From: an uncultured Verrucomicrobiae bacterium
GTDB lineage: Bacteria; Verrucomicrobiota; Verrucomicrobiia; Chthoniobacterales; UBA10450
Reading direction: 5' to 3'
Assembly: GCA_963742315.1 (NCBI GenBank)
Contig: CAVULE010000003.1
Span: 661,540 to 725,539 of the forward strand
Length of the DNA: 64,000 nt
In this document: in pieces, positions 1 to 9,597 of the stretch
How positions within the stretch are numbered: the first letter of the stretch is position 1
Layout: the number at the start of each line of letters is the position of its first letter
Program-made: the position numbers and the translations under genes
Notes under the pieces: generated by a model
Database searches by the model: none
What the model was told of the DNA's origin: nothing
Seen by the model: the letters and a program-made list of their open reading frames with translations, nothing else

Positions 1-528
1 GTTTTAGCACTGATTTGCGGCAGAATTGCGCAAACTCACGAAAATGTAAGAAGTGGGTTCGAGCCCCGTAGGCTCCGCGGCTTTTTACCAAAGCGTGGCG
101 AGACCGGCAGGGGGCGATAATCGCGAAGCAGCAAAAGCAAATCGAAGCGCTTACTACGACCGTACAGAAAGTGAGCGACCAGGTCGCCCTCAGCAAACCT
201 GCACCACAGTTATTCGCCAATCCTTGAATATTAACTCAAATTTTGACAGGCTGACACGTACTTGATCAACTCCCACGTTACGAAGAGCTTGCGTGTTCCA
301 ATTCCTGGCCGGTGATTGCGTGCAGTGTCGGATTACTTTACGAACTGCTCAAAAATCACGATATTCCGGTAATTATATTTCGTTAAATATCCGCCTCAAA
401 TCCAGCGGATTACATCCTTGTCCATCCTGGGTGAGAAAGGCTGAGGTCTGCTCTATGCTCCCGGACAAAGTTCTGTGCGGTGTTGCCCTACACTAAGCAG
501 AGATCAAACCTTACAAAACGTTAACCCT

Positions 529-1140
529 ATGAAAATCTCACGAATTGTTCTCGCCGTCTTATTCGCATTGGCTGCAAGTGCCAACACGCTTCGCGCTGTG
601 CCCTCCCTTCCAACATTTAGCTTTCATGAGAATGGCCAAGGCAAGCTCGAGCTTCCGGCCGAGTTTGGTGGTATTGTTATCCCCCTCGCCGGCGCGCTCA
701 TGTCCGATCCCGGACCCGGCGGTCTGTCGAGTGCTCTGGCTTTTACGGCGCACCCTCTGGTGGCCCCCTTTCCGGAGGGCGATGTGGTGCTGCTGGACGC
801 GAGTGGGCACGTGTCTGACATCCTGCGGTTCGATCCGGAAACAAACCCCGGGCCAGGATCGCCCCAGCTAATCTTCTTCTATTCGAACGATCACGGGGGT
901 ATGCTGGCTGACACGGGGCTTCCCGCTCTGATGTTTAGCAACACGGTCACTATTCAGGAGAACCCGTCCGGTCCAACCATCTATACCCCAAAAGCAGGCC
1001 AGCCAGGCTTCTCTACCGATTCGCCTCTGGGGAATAGCTTCCTCATATTCTCGACACCGGACACAGGCTCAACGCTCTTGATGCTAGGCGCGGCCATTGC
1101 GGGGCTCGTGTTCCTCCGCTGGAAAATGGTAGCGGTGTGA
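529..1140 (+). CDS. PEP-CTERM sorting-domain secreted protein
   Basis: N-terminal signal peptide MKISRIVLAVLFALAASA. C-terminus ...STPDTGSTLLMLGAAIAGLVFLRWK is a PEP-CTERM-type anchor (P-D/E-x-G-S-T, TM helix, basic tail). Start moved to the internal Met at 529. Confidence 0.6.
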   Translation: MKISRIVLAVLFALAASANTLRAVPSLPTFSFHENGQGKLELPAEFGGIVIPLAGALMSDPGPGGLSSALAFTAHPLVAPFPEGDVVLLDASGHVSDILRFDPETNPGPGSPQLIFFYSNDHGGMLADTGLPALMFSNTVTIQENPSGPTIYTPKAGQPGFSTDSPLGNSFLIFSTPDTGSTLLMLGAAIAGLVFLRWKMVAV

Positions 1141-1537
1141 CCTCCGCACACGCGGAATCAGGTTAATCACCTTAAGCGCGCGCCGGAGGTCAAAACGGCA
1201 ACTCGAAGGCAACAAAGCTTCTCAACCTAGCAAAGCAGCGGATTTCTACTCCGGGCGATTGGTGCCCACGTCAGCTGCCGCGCTCAATGTCGGCGCCGGT
1301 GATTTTGCCGTCGGAATCGCGCCGGATCGTGATGCTTTGCGCACGCGGAACATTCAGTTCGTTGCGGACGTTCACTGGCGGGGATGATGGCACGTTCACG
1401 ATCGGTGCCGGCATAAGCATGTTAAGATCGAGGTTAATCGGCACGCTAACTCGCGCGCCTTCGTTGCTCCACCACAAGGGCTAACATCGTCGCAGTAGTG
1501 TTCGACAGGAGAATCATGCGACTGGCGCAGTCTGCGA

Positions 1538-1801
1538 ATGGGTCCGACTTGGGAAACTGTTGCGAAACTGTCACTCAATTTATATCGCAAAGCCGTAGCT
1601 GCTTTGGAACAATGCGTGGCCACGAAACCGGTGCTGGGAACCTTGCAGGAGGGAAGTGCTTCGTTTCAAACGACGCACTGGACGGAAATCTTGCACGCTC
1701 GGCAGGCCGAGTGGTCGACACAATCGGCCGAAGCGCGATACCTGCCCCTTCGATGGGGAGACGATGCGGGCGTTTTTGTCCGAAACGGGAGGAGTCTATG
1801 A
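1538..1801 (+). pseudogene. possible truncated ECF sigma-factor N-terminal fragment
   Basis: 87-aa ORF containing TTHWTEILHARQAEWS, resembling the ECF sigma region-2 start (T.W(T/S).(V/I)L.A). It ends after ~85 aa with no region 4. Confidence 0.2.
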
Positions 1802-1817
1802 ACGGAAAAAAAATCTC

Positions 1818-2258
1818 ATGCTGGCCGCAATTCAGTTAATCAAGGTCTCTGCGGTCGTCTTCGCGATTTCCGCGCTGAGCTTCGGCGTTGGTTTCCTTCG
1901 CGCAAGTACGCACGCCGAAGCGCACGCCCCGAGTAGTCAGCCAAACGCCGATCCCAATTGGTCGGAGCTGATCGCCAGCATGGACAAAATGCATATCGCG
2001 ATGGAAGCGGTGGAGTATTCCGGGAACAGCGATTTTGATTTTGTCAGGTTAATGCTCCCGCATCATCAGGCAGCAGTCGACATGGCAAAGACACAACTCT
2101 TGCATGGGAAAGACCCGCAAATGCGAAGGCTGGCTCAGGAGATCATCACTGACCAACAACTGGAGATTGAGGTGATGCAACTCTGGCTCAAACAGCACGA
2201 GCCGGCTCAACCGAAAGAAAATCAAACCACCGCTCCGAATACGCGAAAGGATAACTAG
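1818..2258 (+). CDS. DUF305 family protein (secreted)
   Basis: Signal/TM segment LAAIQLIKVSAVVFAISALSF. Motif FDFVRLMLPHHQAAVDMA, the MIPHHQ-type signature of DUF305. Confidence 0.6.
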   Translation: MLAAIQLIKVSAVVFAISALSFGVGFLRASTHAEAHAPSSQPNADPNWSELIASMDKMHIAMEAVEYSGNSDFDFVRLMLPHHQAAVDMAKTQLLHGKDPQMRRLAQEIITDQQLEIEVMQLWLKQHEPAQPKENQTTAPNTRKDN

Positions 2259-2261
2259 ATA

Positions 2262-3716
2262 GTGAAAATAATTTTTTGGTTCCTGTCGTTATGTCTATTG
2301 CGCAATGCGATTGCTGCACAAGCACCGTGGAGCCGGCCGGACATTCCGGTCTCGAACCGCGATCGCGTTTACACCGCCGATCAGACTTCAAATACGGTGT
2401 CTGTAATTGATCCGGCAGAAAACAAGCTGCTTGGCGCGATCAGGCTAGGCGACCCCATACCAGGATCATTGAGTCCCCTCTATAAGGGACAGCTTCTTGT
2501 GCACGGTCTCGGTTATTCGCCGGATTCCAAGACGCTGGCGGTGGTGTCGGTTGGATCGAATTCCGTAACATTGATCGAGACGGCGACCAATAAAATCAAC
2601 GGCGTTGTTTACGTCGGCCGCTCGCCGCATGAGGCCTTTTTCACTCCAAATGGACGCGAGTTATGGGTCACGGTGCGCGGCGAAAACTACGTTTCGGTGA
2701 TAGACCCGGTGCGGATGAAGGAGACGCGCCGCATCGAGCTGGCCAATGGCCCTGGCATGACCATGTTCGGGCCCGACGGAAAGTACGCGTTTGTTTGCTC
2801 CAGCTTCGTCCCCGAGATCGCGATCATCGACGCAGTCTCGCATCAAATTGTTAAGAGGTTGCCGCAGGCGACTCCGTTTTCTCCCAATATCGCCGTCACT
2901 CCGGAAAACGATGAAGTATGGATCACATTAAAGGACGCGGGAAAAGTACAGGTGTTTAGCGCGAAACCACCTTTTGCTGCAAAGACCGTGCTCGATACGG
3001 GACCGATCACCAATCACGTTAACTTCGCTAACAATCGCAACGGTAAGTTCGCGTACGTCACCATTGGTGGAGCGAATGAAGTGAAGGTGTTCCGCCGCGG
3101 CGAGACCCCGGAGTTAGTCGCGACGATCCCGGTGGGAGCACTTCCGCATGGAATCTGGCCGTCGGGCGATGGTTCGCGAGTTTATGTTGCTTTGGAAAAC
3201 GGCGAACATTGCATTGCGATCGATACTCTCACCAACAAAGTCACCGCCAACATTCCAATCGGACAAACGACGCAGGCTTTGGTCTATGTGCCAAATGCTG
3301 TTCCCACGGGCGATGGCAAAGAAAATTTGATGCCGCTGGGAGTTGCAGCCAATGCAGCGCGTTTGCAGTTGGAACCCAGCGGAAATGCACCGGCGGAAGC
3401 CGGGGCATCGGTAGCAGTAAATTCAATTGGCCTCTTGGATCTGGTTCAGATTGCGGCGAAAGGACTCCCGCCTCAAACCGCTTACCAAGTCTATTTGGCG
3501 GAATCTAATCACCCGCCGTTTGGGAAGCTTGAGCCACTCGCAGTCCTGAAAACAAATCCCTACGGGTGGAGCATCGTTCAGGCGATCGGACCACTGAAGG
3601 CCTTGGCGGGCGATACTCCAAATTCGTCCCCGCCGAAGCGATTTCTGCTTGTCACCGACATGCAGGACCCATCGAAGGTGGTGCTGCGACAATCGGACGC
3701 TTCGCCCGCCCCATAG
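2262..3716 (+). CDS. YVTN-family beta-propeller repeat protein (secreted)
   Basis: GTG start plus signal peptide. Repeated ~40-aa units (YTADQTSNTVSVID / YSPDSKTLAVVSVGSNSVTLIE / ...) typical of YncE/YVTN propellers. Confidence 0.6.
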   Translation: MKIIFWFLSLCLLRNAIAAQAPWSRPDIPVSNRDRVYTADQTSNTVSVIDPAENKLLGAIRLGDPIPGSLSPLYKGQLLVHGLGYSPDSKTLAVVSVGSNSVTLIETATNKINGVVYVGRSPHEAFFTPNGRELWVTVRGENYVSVIDPVRMKETRRIELANGPGMTMFGPDGKYAFVCSSFVPEIAIIDAVSHQIVKRLPQATPFSPNIAVTPENDEVWITLKDAGKVQVFSAKPPFAAKTVLDTGPITNHVNFANNRNGKFAYVTIGGANEVKVFRRGETPELVATIPVGALPHGIWPSGDGSRVYVALENGEHCIAIDTLTNKVTANIPIGQTTQALVYVPNAVPTGDGKENLMPLGVAANAARLQLEPSGNAPAEAGASVAVNSIGLLDLVQIAAKGLPPQTAYQVYLAESNHPPFGKLEPLAVLKTNPYGWSIVQAIGPLKALAGDTPNSSPPKRFLLVTDMQDPSKVVLRQSDASPAP

Positions 3717-3838
3717 TTCGGGCATCTCGACATCATGCCGAATCGCCTGCTCTTAGTTGGGCGTTGGATGTTCGGCGTTCAGCGTTGGGCGTTCGCTTCG
3801 ACCGCGTGAAATTCAAACCCACGTCGCGTTTCAGCGTT

Positions 3839-4801
3839 TCAGCTTTTCGTTAGTTCGATCCTCTTCCAATCATCCGGGGTGAGCTGAAGTTTCGCGGCAG
3901 CCATATTCTCCTCGAGATGTTGAAGCGATGATGTTCCCGGAATTGGCAACACGACCGGCGATTTCTGCAGCAGCCAGGCGAGGGCGAGTTGCACGGCGCT
4001 GACGTTATGATGTTTCGCTTCGTCTTCGAGTGGATTCCCGCCCTTGGTTAACGAACCTCTTCCACTGCCACCAACTGGAGCCCATGGCAAGAATCCCATC
4101 TTTTCTTTCTCGCAGTAATTGAGCACGTCCTCCGACTCGCGGTCGGTGATGTTGTATCGGTTCTGAACGCTGACAATGGGCAAAATCTTTTTCGCCCGAT
4201 CGATTTCCTGCGTCGTGACGTTCGATAATCCAACGTGCCGAATCTTTCCGGCGTCCCGCGCGGCTTTCAGCGCGCCGACCGATTCCTCGATCGGCACCTT
4301 GCGATCGACGGTGTGCAACTGATAAACATCGATCCGCTCAAGTTTCAATCGCTTGAGACTTTTATCAATGCATTGTGACAAATACTCGGGGCGACCGTTC
4401 GGCACCCACTGTCCCGGACCGGGCCGAGTAATGCCGCCCTTGGTCGCGATGACCAGTCCTTTCGGATAGGGATGGAGCGCTTCCGCAATTAAGAGCTCGT
4501 CCGTTTCCGGACCGTAAGCATCGGCCGTGTCGATCAGATTTACTCCGAGATCGACCGCGCGCCGCAAAACTTTTTTCGCGTTCTCGCGATCGGGCGGCCA
4601 ACCCCAGATCCCCTGGCCCGTCAGGCGCATCGCTCCAAACCCGAGCCGATTTACCGAAAGATCGCCGCCCATTTGAAATGTTGTCGGGGTAGCTGAACTC
4701 GTCACCGCTAAAGCAAGTTTTTGAAAAACCGTTCCTGCCAGCACCGTAGCGCCGCCGGCAATTGTGGTACCAAGAAATTTCCGCCGAGTCATCCCATGCA
4801 C
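3839..4801 (-). CDS. aldo/keto reductase family oxidoreductase with twin-arginine signal
   Basis: N-terminus MTRRKFLGTTIAGGATVLAG (RRxFLG Tat motif). AKR motifs GxDLGVNLIDTADAYG and ...IPGTSSLQHLEEN. Confidence 0.8.
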   Translation of the reverse strand: MHGMTRRKFLGTTIAGGATVLAGTVFQKLALAVTSSATPTTFQMGGDLSVNRLGFGAMRLTGQGIWGWPPDRENAKKVLRRAVDLGVNLIDTADAYGPETDELLIAEALHPYPKGLVIATKGGITRPGPGQWVPNGRPEYLSQCIDKSLKRLKLERIDVYQLHTVDRKVPIEESVGALKAARDAGKIRHVGLSNVTTQEIDRAKKILPIVSVQNRYNITDRESEDVLNYCEKEKMGFLPWAPVGGSGRGSLTKGGNPLEDEAKHHNVSAVQLALAWLLQKSPVVLPIPGTSSLQHLEENMAAAKLQLTPDDWKRIELTKS

Positions 4802-5111
4802 GATACGGCCCGCTTCGCCGAGTTCAATGGTTGGTCGCTTTCGGAGTTCGCTTCAGCCACATGAAATTCAAAATCGCATCGGCTCCAACTTTCGGTAACT
4901 CAGCTTTTACCGACACGAGAATCGGATAATTTTCGCCCATTAACTTCCAATGCGCGGCTCGTAAACGAAACCATCGAAGGTGTCGATCCTTGCGGACGAA
5001 GGGTTTAAGAAAAAGAAGCTCGGTCGCGCGTAACAATTTTCACAGAATCGATCTTGTTCGACATATTCGCCCGGGATGAAACGCGACCTGTCAGAAGTCC
5101 GCGTTTGATCC

Positions 5112-5846
5112 TCACTTTGTTAGAAGCTGCAATCCGATGTAACCCATTGCATTTGTATTGCCGACGATGTCGCGTCCGCCGGTGAAAAGCAGGTTGATGT
5201 GCTCATTCAACTTGAGGCTACCGCCGATGTTGAACGCCACGTCGGAGCGGCCATTACGTTCCTTCGGTGAATTGCCGAATAACTCTGCGCCCAACGTCAA
5301 CCGTTCGTTGATTTCACGTTCCAGCACTGCGCCGGCGTAAATGTAATTGCGCATTTCGCTAGCCGTTTGCCACCAAAAACCAATGTTGCCGTAGACCGTC
5401 CATTTCTCCCAATTTTTCTGCGCGACGACTGGGAACACAAACGCAGATCGACCCTCGCCGAGTCCACGTGCGCGGTCCCCGGTCGGTAGGAGCAACTGTG
5501 GATACACACCAAGCTGAAACTTCGATTGCTCGTTATTGAGAAAACGCCACTTCACGCCGATGAGGAGATCACCCGCACCAGCCCTCGTGCCGTCGCCGTC
5601 GTCATGCACGACTGCGATGGGGATCTCCAACTTGAGTTGCACATTTGGCAATCCGTAATTGAGATCGAACAATGGCGAATCCATCTCCGTTTTACCTGGA
5701 GTCCGCTCAAGAATGAACGGGACATTGATTTCCCAACCGCCGGGCGGAGGCGGCTCTGGATCGTCGGTAACAAATGGTGGACCGGCCTGCGCTGAATCAA
5801 ATATCAGCAGCGCTCCGATGACGAACGTAATGCGCTGGAGTTTCAA
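5112..5846 (-). CDS. outer-membrane beta-barrel 'transporter' family protein (MetA-pathway-like, PF13557-like)
   Basis: Motifs DDPEPPPPGGWEIN, NYGLPNVQLKLEIP and a C-terminal ...GYIGLQLLTK beta-signal. The ORF-track start (6032) overlaps the neighbouring gene. A TTG at 5846 gives the signal peptide MKLQRITFVIGALLIFDSAQA. Confidence 0.5.
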   Translation of the reverse strand: MKLQRITFVIGALLIFDSAQAGPPFVTDDPEPPPPGGWEINVPFILERTPGKTEMDSPLFDLNYGLPNVQLKLEIPIAVVHDDGDGTRAGAGDLLIGVKWRFLNNEQSKFQLGVYPQLLLPTGDRARGLGEGRSAFVFPVVAQKNWEKWTVYGNIGFWWQTASEMRNYIYAGAVLEREINERLTLGAELFGNSPKERNGRSDVAFNIGGSLKLNEHINLLFTGGRDIVGNTNAMGYIGLQLLTK

Positions 5847-5868
5847 CGAACGAAGGACCTCCGATCGA

Positions 5869-6873
5869 CTATTCGATCTGATAACGACGAATCTCAGCTT
5901 GCTGCGAACCGCGGTGCGGAACAGCGACAAAGAGAGCGTCTCTTTCTGGCACGAACAGTCCGCTGCGCGCGCCATCCGCCGTATTGATTTTAGCCAGAGC
6001 TTTGTAGGTGTTTGCGTCAGTTTGATCGACAATGTCGATCTTGCCCGCGCCGCAAATCACGTAAACGCGATGGCGCTTACTGTCATAAAAAATATCATCG
6101 GGGTCACCAGAAATTCCAACGCTCGTAACCGGCTTGCCGGACCCTGTATCGAGCACGACGAGCTTTGATGGGAGTCGGCAACCGACAAACAATCGGTGAT
6201 TGGCCTCATCCAGTGCCATCGGAAAATTTCCAAAGGCGCCGTCGGTTTTCCAGGTTGCAATCACTTCGCCTTTGTCGCGATCTATGACGGCGACATGCCG
6301 GGCGGTTGGGACATTCACGAAAATACGATGTCCCTGCCTTTCTAACTCGAAAGCTTCAGGATGGCCGGCGAGTTTAATCGATCCAACTTGTTTTCCATCG
6401 GCGGCGTTGATGATCCCTATTCCACCGCTGCCAAAGCCCACATAAATTCGTTTCGACGCGCTATCGTAACGAACGTTGTCGGCATCATCGGCAAAATCCA
6501 GTTTGCCAATAACCTGAAAGGAATCGGCATCATAGATGTTGCAAACTCCCCCTTTATCATTTGCGACGAGCAGGCGATTCAGCTCAGGAACAAATGCAAC
6601 ACCCTGAGGCGCTCCGAGACCACTGATCGTGCGAATGCGCTCGCCTTTGTTCAAGTCGATCACTTCGACTGTGTTATTGCCCAGCGCACAAACAAATAAC
6701 CTTTGGCCGCTAATATCGACGTCGAGGTGATCGATCCGCCCTTGGACTCCAGGCAAGGGAATCGTCTGCTTTAACTGCAATAGCGCAGCATTATGTTCGT
6801 CCGTCGCGATCGCAGTTTGACAAATCAGTAGCGCTGCCGCGACCGCGCAAAAACGCCCGAAAAATTGCTTCAA
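5869..6873 (-). CDS. YVTN-family beta-propeller repeat protein (secreted), second copy
   Basis: Signal peptide MKQFFGRFCAVAAALLICQTAIA. Repeated G..V.VID... units, paralogous in style to 2262..3716. Confidence 0.6.
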   Translation of the reverse strand: MKQFFGRFCAVAAALLICQTAIATDEHNAALLQLKQTIPLPGVQGRIDHLDVDISGQRLFVCALGNNTVEVIDLNKGERIRTISGLGAPQGVAFVPELNRLLVANDKGGVCNIYDADSFQVIGKLDFADDADNVRYDSASKRIYVGFGSGGIGIINAADGKQVGSIKLAGHPEAFELERQGHRIFVNVPTARHVAVIDRDKGEVIATWKTDGAFGNFPMALDEANHRLFVGCRLPSKLVVLDTGSGKPVTSVGISGDPDDIFYDSKRHRVYVICGAGKIDIVDQTDANTYKALAKINTADGARSGLFVPERDALFVAVPHRGSQQAEIRRYQIE

Positions 6874-6880
6874 ATTGTTT

Positions 6881-7792
6881 CTATCTTTGTGCCTCAGTGC
6901 TGACTCCGCTCAACCCGCTCGCGAGCAAGGCATCCTGGATCTCGCGCGCCAACTGTTTGGCCGGGCCGCGTCCCCAGTAGTGGAAAAACAGAATGCGCGG
7001 TTGTTCATGCGTCATGTGCGAATGAATCGCCACGATGTTGATCCCGTTTCGCCGAAGAGACTTGAGCGCGGTTTGCAATTGATCCTCCTCGACTGCGAAA
7101 TCGCCATCGACGATGGCGTTGTCATCGCTTCCAGCAAACGCGGCCCAGGTATTCACTCCGATGTCATTGCCGATCTCGAAGTCATGCATCTTCGCTTTGT
7201 GGCCAATGCTAAACTTAATCATTCCATCTTTGGCTTCGCCGTGCAGACCAAAGATCTCGTTCAAAGGAGCTGCGGTAATGGAACTTTTTTCGCCTAACGA
7301 TTTTTGGGCAAAGGTGTTAGCGGGCTTCGGATCGACCGCGCGGATTTGCTTAATCTTGTCGTAAACTTTGCGAACGGCCATCGCCAGCTTCTCCACGCTA
7401 TCCTGGCCTTCGATGTGCATGAAGTAGACCTTCGGTTGGTCGAAGAAAAAGTGATTGTGCAACGCCGTCACACTCAGACCCTGATCGAGCGCGACCGATA
7501 TGACTGGGTTGACTTCGTCTTCGAAGAGAACGGTATCGCCCATCATTAGAGCCCGCTCATTTGTACCGGTAAACCCAGCCCAGGTCCCGAGGCCCATAAA
7601 CGGCGGCATGGTCCATCCATCGACGACGACTTTCACGTCACTCCGCGGCCAAGTGATTTTGTAAACGCCCTCTTTGTCGTTGAGCTTGCCTTTAAGCCCA
7701 GTGATCTGATCGATCTTCGCACCATCGAGCGCTGCAAGCGCGATGCCGATGTTAGCGCAACAGAGCGCGCAAACGATAAGCAGCTTTTTCAT
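6881..7792 (-). CDS. DUF1259 (LppY/LpqO-like) secreted protein
   Basis: Internal Met start gives the signal peptide MKKLLIVCALCCANIGIALA. Duplicated module (GW.MPPFMGLGTWAGF... / ...GVNTWAAFAGSD...) as in DUF1259 proteins. Confidence 0.5.
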   Translation of the reverse strand: MKKLLIVCALCCANIGIALAALDGAKIDQITGLKGKLNDKEGVYKITWPRSDVKVVVDGWTMPPFMGLGTWAGFTGTNERALMMGDTVLFEDEVNPVISVALDQGLSVTALHNHFFFDQPKVYFMHIEGQDSVEKLAMAVRKVYDKIKQIRAVDPKPANTFAQKSLGEKSSITAAPLNEIFGLHGEAKDGMIKFSIGHKAKMHDFEIGNDIGVNTWAAFAGSDDNAIVDGDFAVEEDQLQTALKSLRRNGINIVAIHSHMTHEQPRILFFHYWGRGPAKQLAREIQDALLASGLSGVSTEAQR

Positions 7793-7845
7793 TGAACGCT
7801 TAGTATTTCTCGCCTTTTTCTTTGTGCTCGCGATTTCATAATTGG

Positions 7846-8841
7846 TCACGCGGCGAACGCAAAACGGTTCCCGATTCCGCGTGCGGACGCCTTTGCATAA
7901 ACGAGCGCAGCCGCCGCAGCGTCTTCAATTGCAATGCCGGTGCTATCGAAAATAATGATCTCATTGTCACTCAGGCGCCCGGACTTCTTGCCAGCAACGA
8001 TTTCGCCCAAGTCTGCGTAAACACTCTCTTTGCTCATCAACCCTTTCGCGATGGCATGATGCGTGTCGCCGATAGTGCAACTTTGCTCCAAACTATCAGC
8101 GACAACTTTTGCTGAAGCCATCAATGCTGGGTCGAGTTCCTGTTTATGCGTGTCATCGGCACCGACCGCAGCGATGAAAGCTCCGTCGGGGACATCCTCT
8201 TTATGGACAAAAAAACCTGTCGCGGTCGTAGACGTGACCAAAACATCGCTCCGTCGAATCGCAGTCTTGAGGTTGTGGACAGCTTCGATATCTATCTTGA
8301 GTTCGCGCGAAAGCTCCGTCGCGAAAATCCTGGCTGCCTCGAAGTTTGAATCGAAAGCGTAAACCTCCTGGAGCGGCAAGACAGTTCGAATTGCACGCAA
8401 TTGAGCGCGGCCTTGTTGGCCGCAGCCGCAAATGGTTCCGACCTTCGAATTTTTGCGCGCGAGATATTTTGCCGCCACCGCCGAGGCCGCTGCGGTTCGC
8501 TTGATGGTGACGTCCATGGAATCAAGGATTGCAACTGGCGATCCATTTTCAGCATCGAAGATCGCAATCAGGCCTTGGATTGTTGGACGGTTAAATCGGG
8601 TTCGGTTGTTCGGGAAGTTGGAGTTGAGTTTTGCAACGATGTAACTCGTGTCACATGGAAGAAGTCCCGCTTTCACATGCAAGCCGCCGGCGGTCGCTTT
8701 CACGTTCACAATTTGCGATGGCGCAGTCTTTCCTTCGCCCTGCAAATGGAAGATTTCTTCGACCGCTTCGATGCAATCTCTCAACGTCAGGAGCCTTGCG
8801 ACATCGCTGAGACCGAGGAACAGGGTTCCATCAGTTTCCAT
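7846..8841 (-). CDS. ornithine cyclodeaminase / mu-crystallin family protein
   Basis: Rossmann motif ICGCGQQGRAQL. Overall similarity to OCD-family proteins (…TGIAIEDAAAAALVYAKA). Confidence 0.75.
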   Translation of the reverse strand: METDGTLFLGLSDVARLLTLRDCIEAVEEIFHLQGEGKTAPSQIVNVKATAGGLHVKAGLLPCDTSYIVAKLNSNFPNNRTRFNRPTIQGLIAIFDAENGSPVAILDSMDVTIKRTAAASAVAAKYLARKNSKVGTICGCGQQGRAQLRAIRTVLPLQEVYAFDSNFEAARIFATELSRELKIDIEAVHNLKTAIRRSDVLVTSTTATGFFVHKEDVPDGAFIAAVGADDTHKQELDPALMASAKVVADSLEQSCTIGDTHHAIAKGLMSKESVYADLGEIVAGKKSGRLSDNEIIIFDSTGIAIEDAAAAALVYAKASARGIGNRFAFAA

Positions 8842-9556
8842 CGGGTCCTCCCACTAAACCGGAGATTTCGGCACCGGTTTTCACGTCAACCGGCGCCTGA
8901 CTGCGCCGGAAAATTCTCGCGCCGGTTTCGCCTTTCAATGTGACCGCGCCATTTTCGATCAGCATCCAGGCTCCTTCGCGAATGCCGACGACCGGCGTTT
9001 CATTTTCCTCGAGGAATTGCACAATGCGCTCCTCCTGGGTTTCGCCCATGTGAGTTGAATTTGGATCGGGGTCGAGATAATGCGGACTGATCTGAAATGG
9101 AACCAGGCCTAACGAGTCGAACGATCGCGGCTGAACGATTGGCATGTCTTTGGTCGTTTTGATTGTCGGCCCGGCAACATTCGAGCCCGCGCTGCTGCCG
9201 ATGTAAGGCGCGCCGTTTCTCACTTTGCCGCGAATCGCCTCGAGCAGATCGAGATCTTGGAGCGCTTTCAAGAGCCGAAAGGTATTGCCGCCACCGATGA
9301 AAATAGCGTCAGTCTTCTCGACTGCTGCTGAGGGGTTGTCGCTCGTGTGCGCGGACTCGAGGCCGTAACCCATCGCGGCAAAGCGCGATTTCGCCTTCGC
9401 CGCGTAATCGTCCCGATCATATAAGGCAAAGGGGAAAAAGAGAACCTTTCTCGCGTCGCCCAGAAACATTTTGATCTGCCCTTGCACGTGATCGAGATAG
9501 CCCCGGCCATGAACGGTGGAATTGCTGATCAGCAAAATCCGCGAGTATTGATTCAT
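8831..9556 (-). CDS. pepE: dipeptidase E (peptidase S51)
   Basis: MNQYSRILLISNS...IFIGGGNTFRLL...GSSAGS: the S51 catalytic Ser context and GGGNTF motif. Overlaps the OCD gene by 11 nt. Confidence 0.75.
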   Translation of the reverse strand: MNQYSRILLISNSTVHGRGYLDHVQGQIKMFLGDARKVLFFPFALYDRDDYAAKAKSRFAAMGYGLESAHTSDNPSAAVEKTDAIFIGGGNTFRLLKALQDLDLLEAIRGKVRNGAPYIGSSAGSNVAGPTIKTTKDMPIVQPRSFDSLGLVPFQISPHYLDPDPNSTHMGETQEERIVQFLEENETPVVGIREGAWMLIENGAVTLKGETGARIFRRSQAPVDVKTGAEISGLVGGPDGN

Positions 9557-9597
9557 TTTGTTATACCTGTAACTTGATAGTATACGTATATACTATC

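Noticed and set aside
40-95. tRNA-like T-arm motif GGTTCGAGCCCC near the window start (possible tRNA or tmRNA 3' fragment / integration-site remnant)
   Set aside because: No acceptor-stem complementarity, no CCA or discriminator context, and the flanking sequence cannot be folded into a D-arm or anticodon arm. Probably chance or a very decayed fragment.
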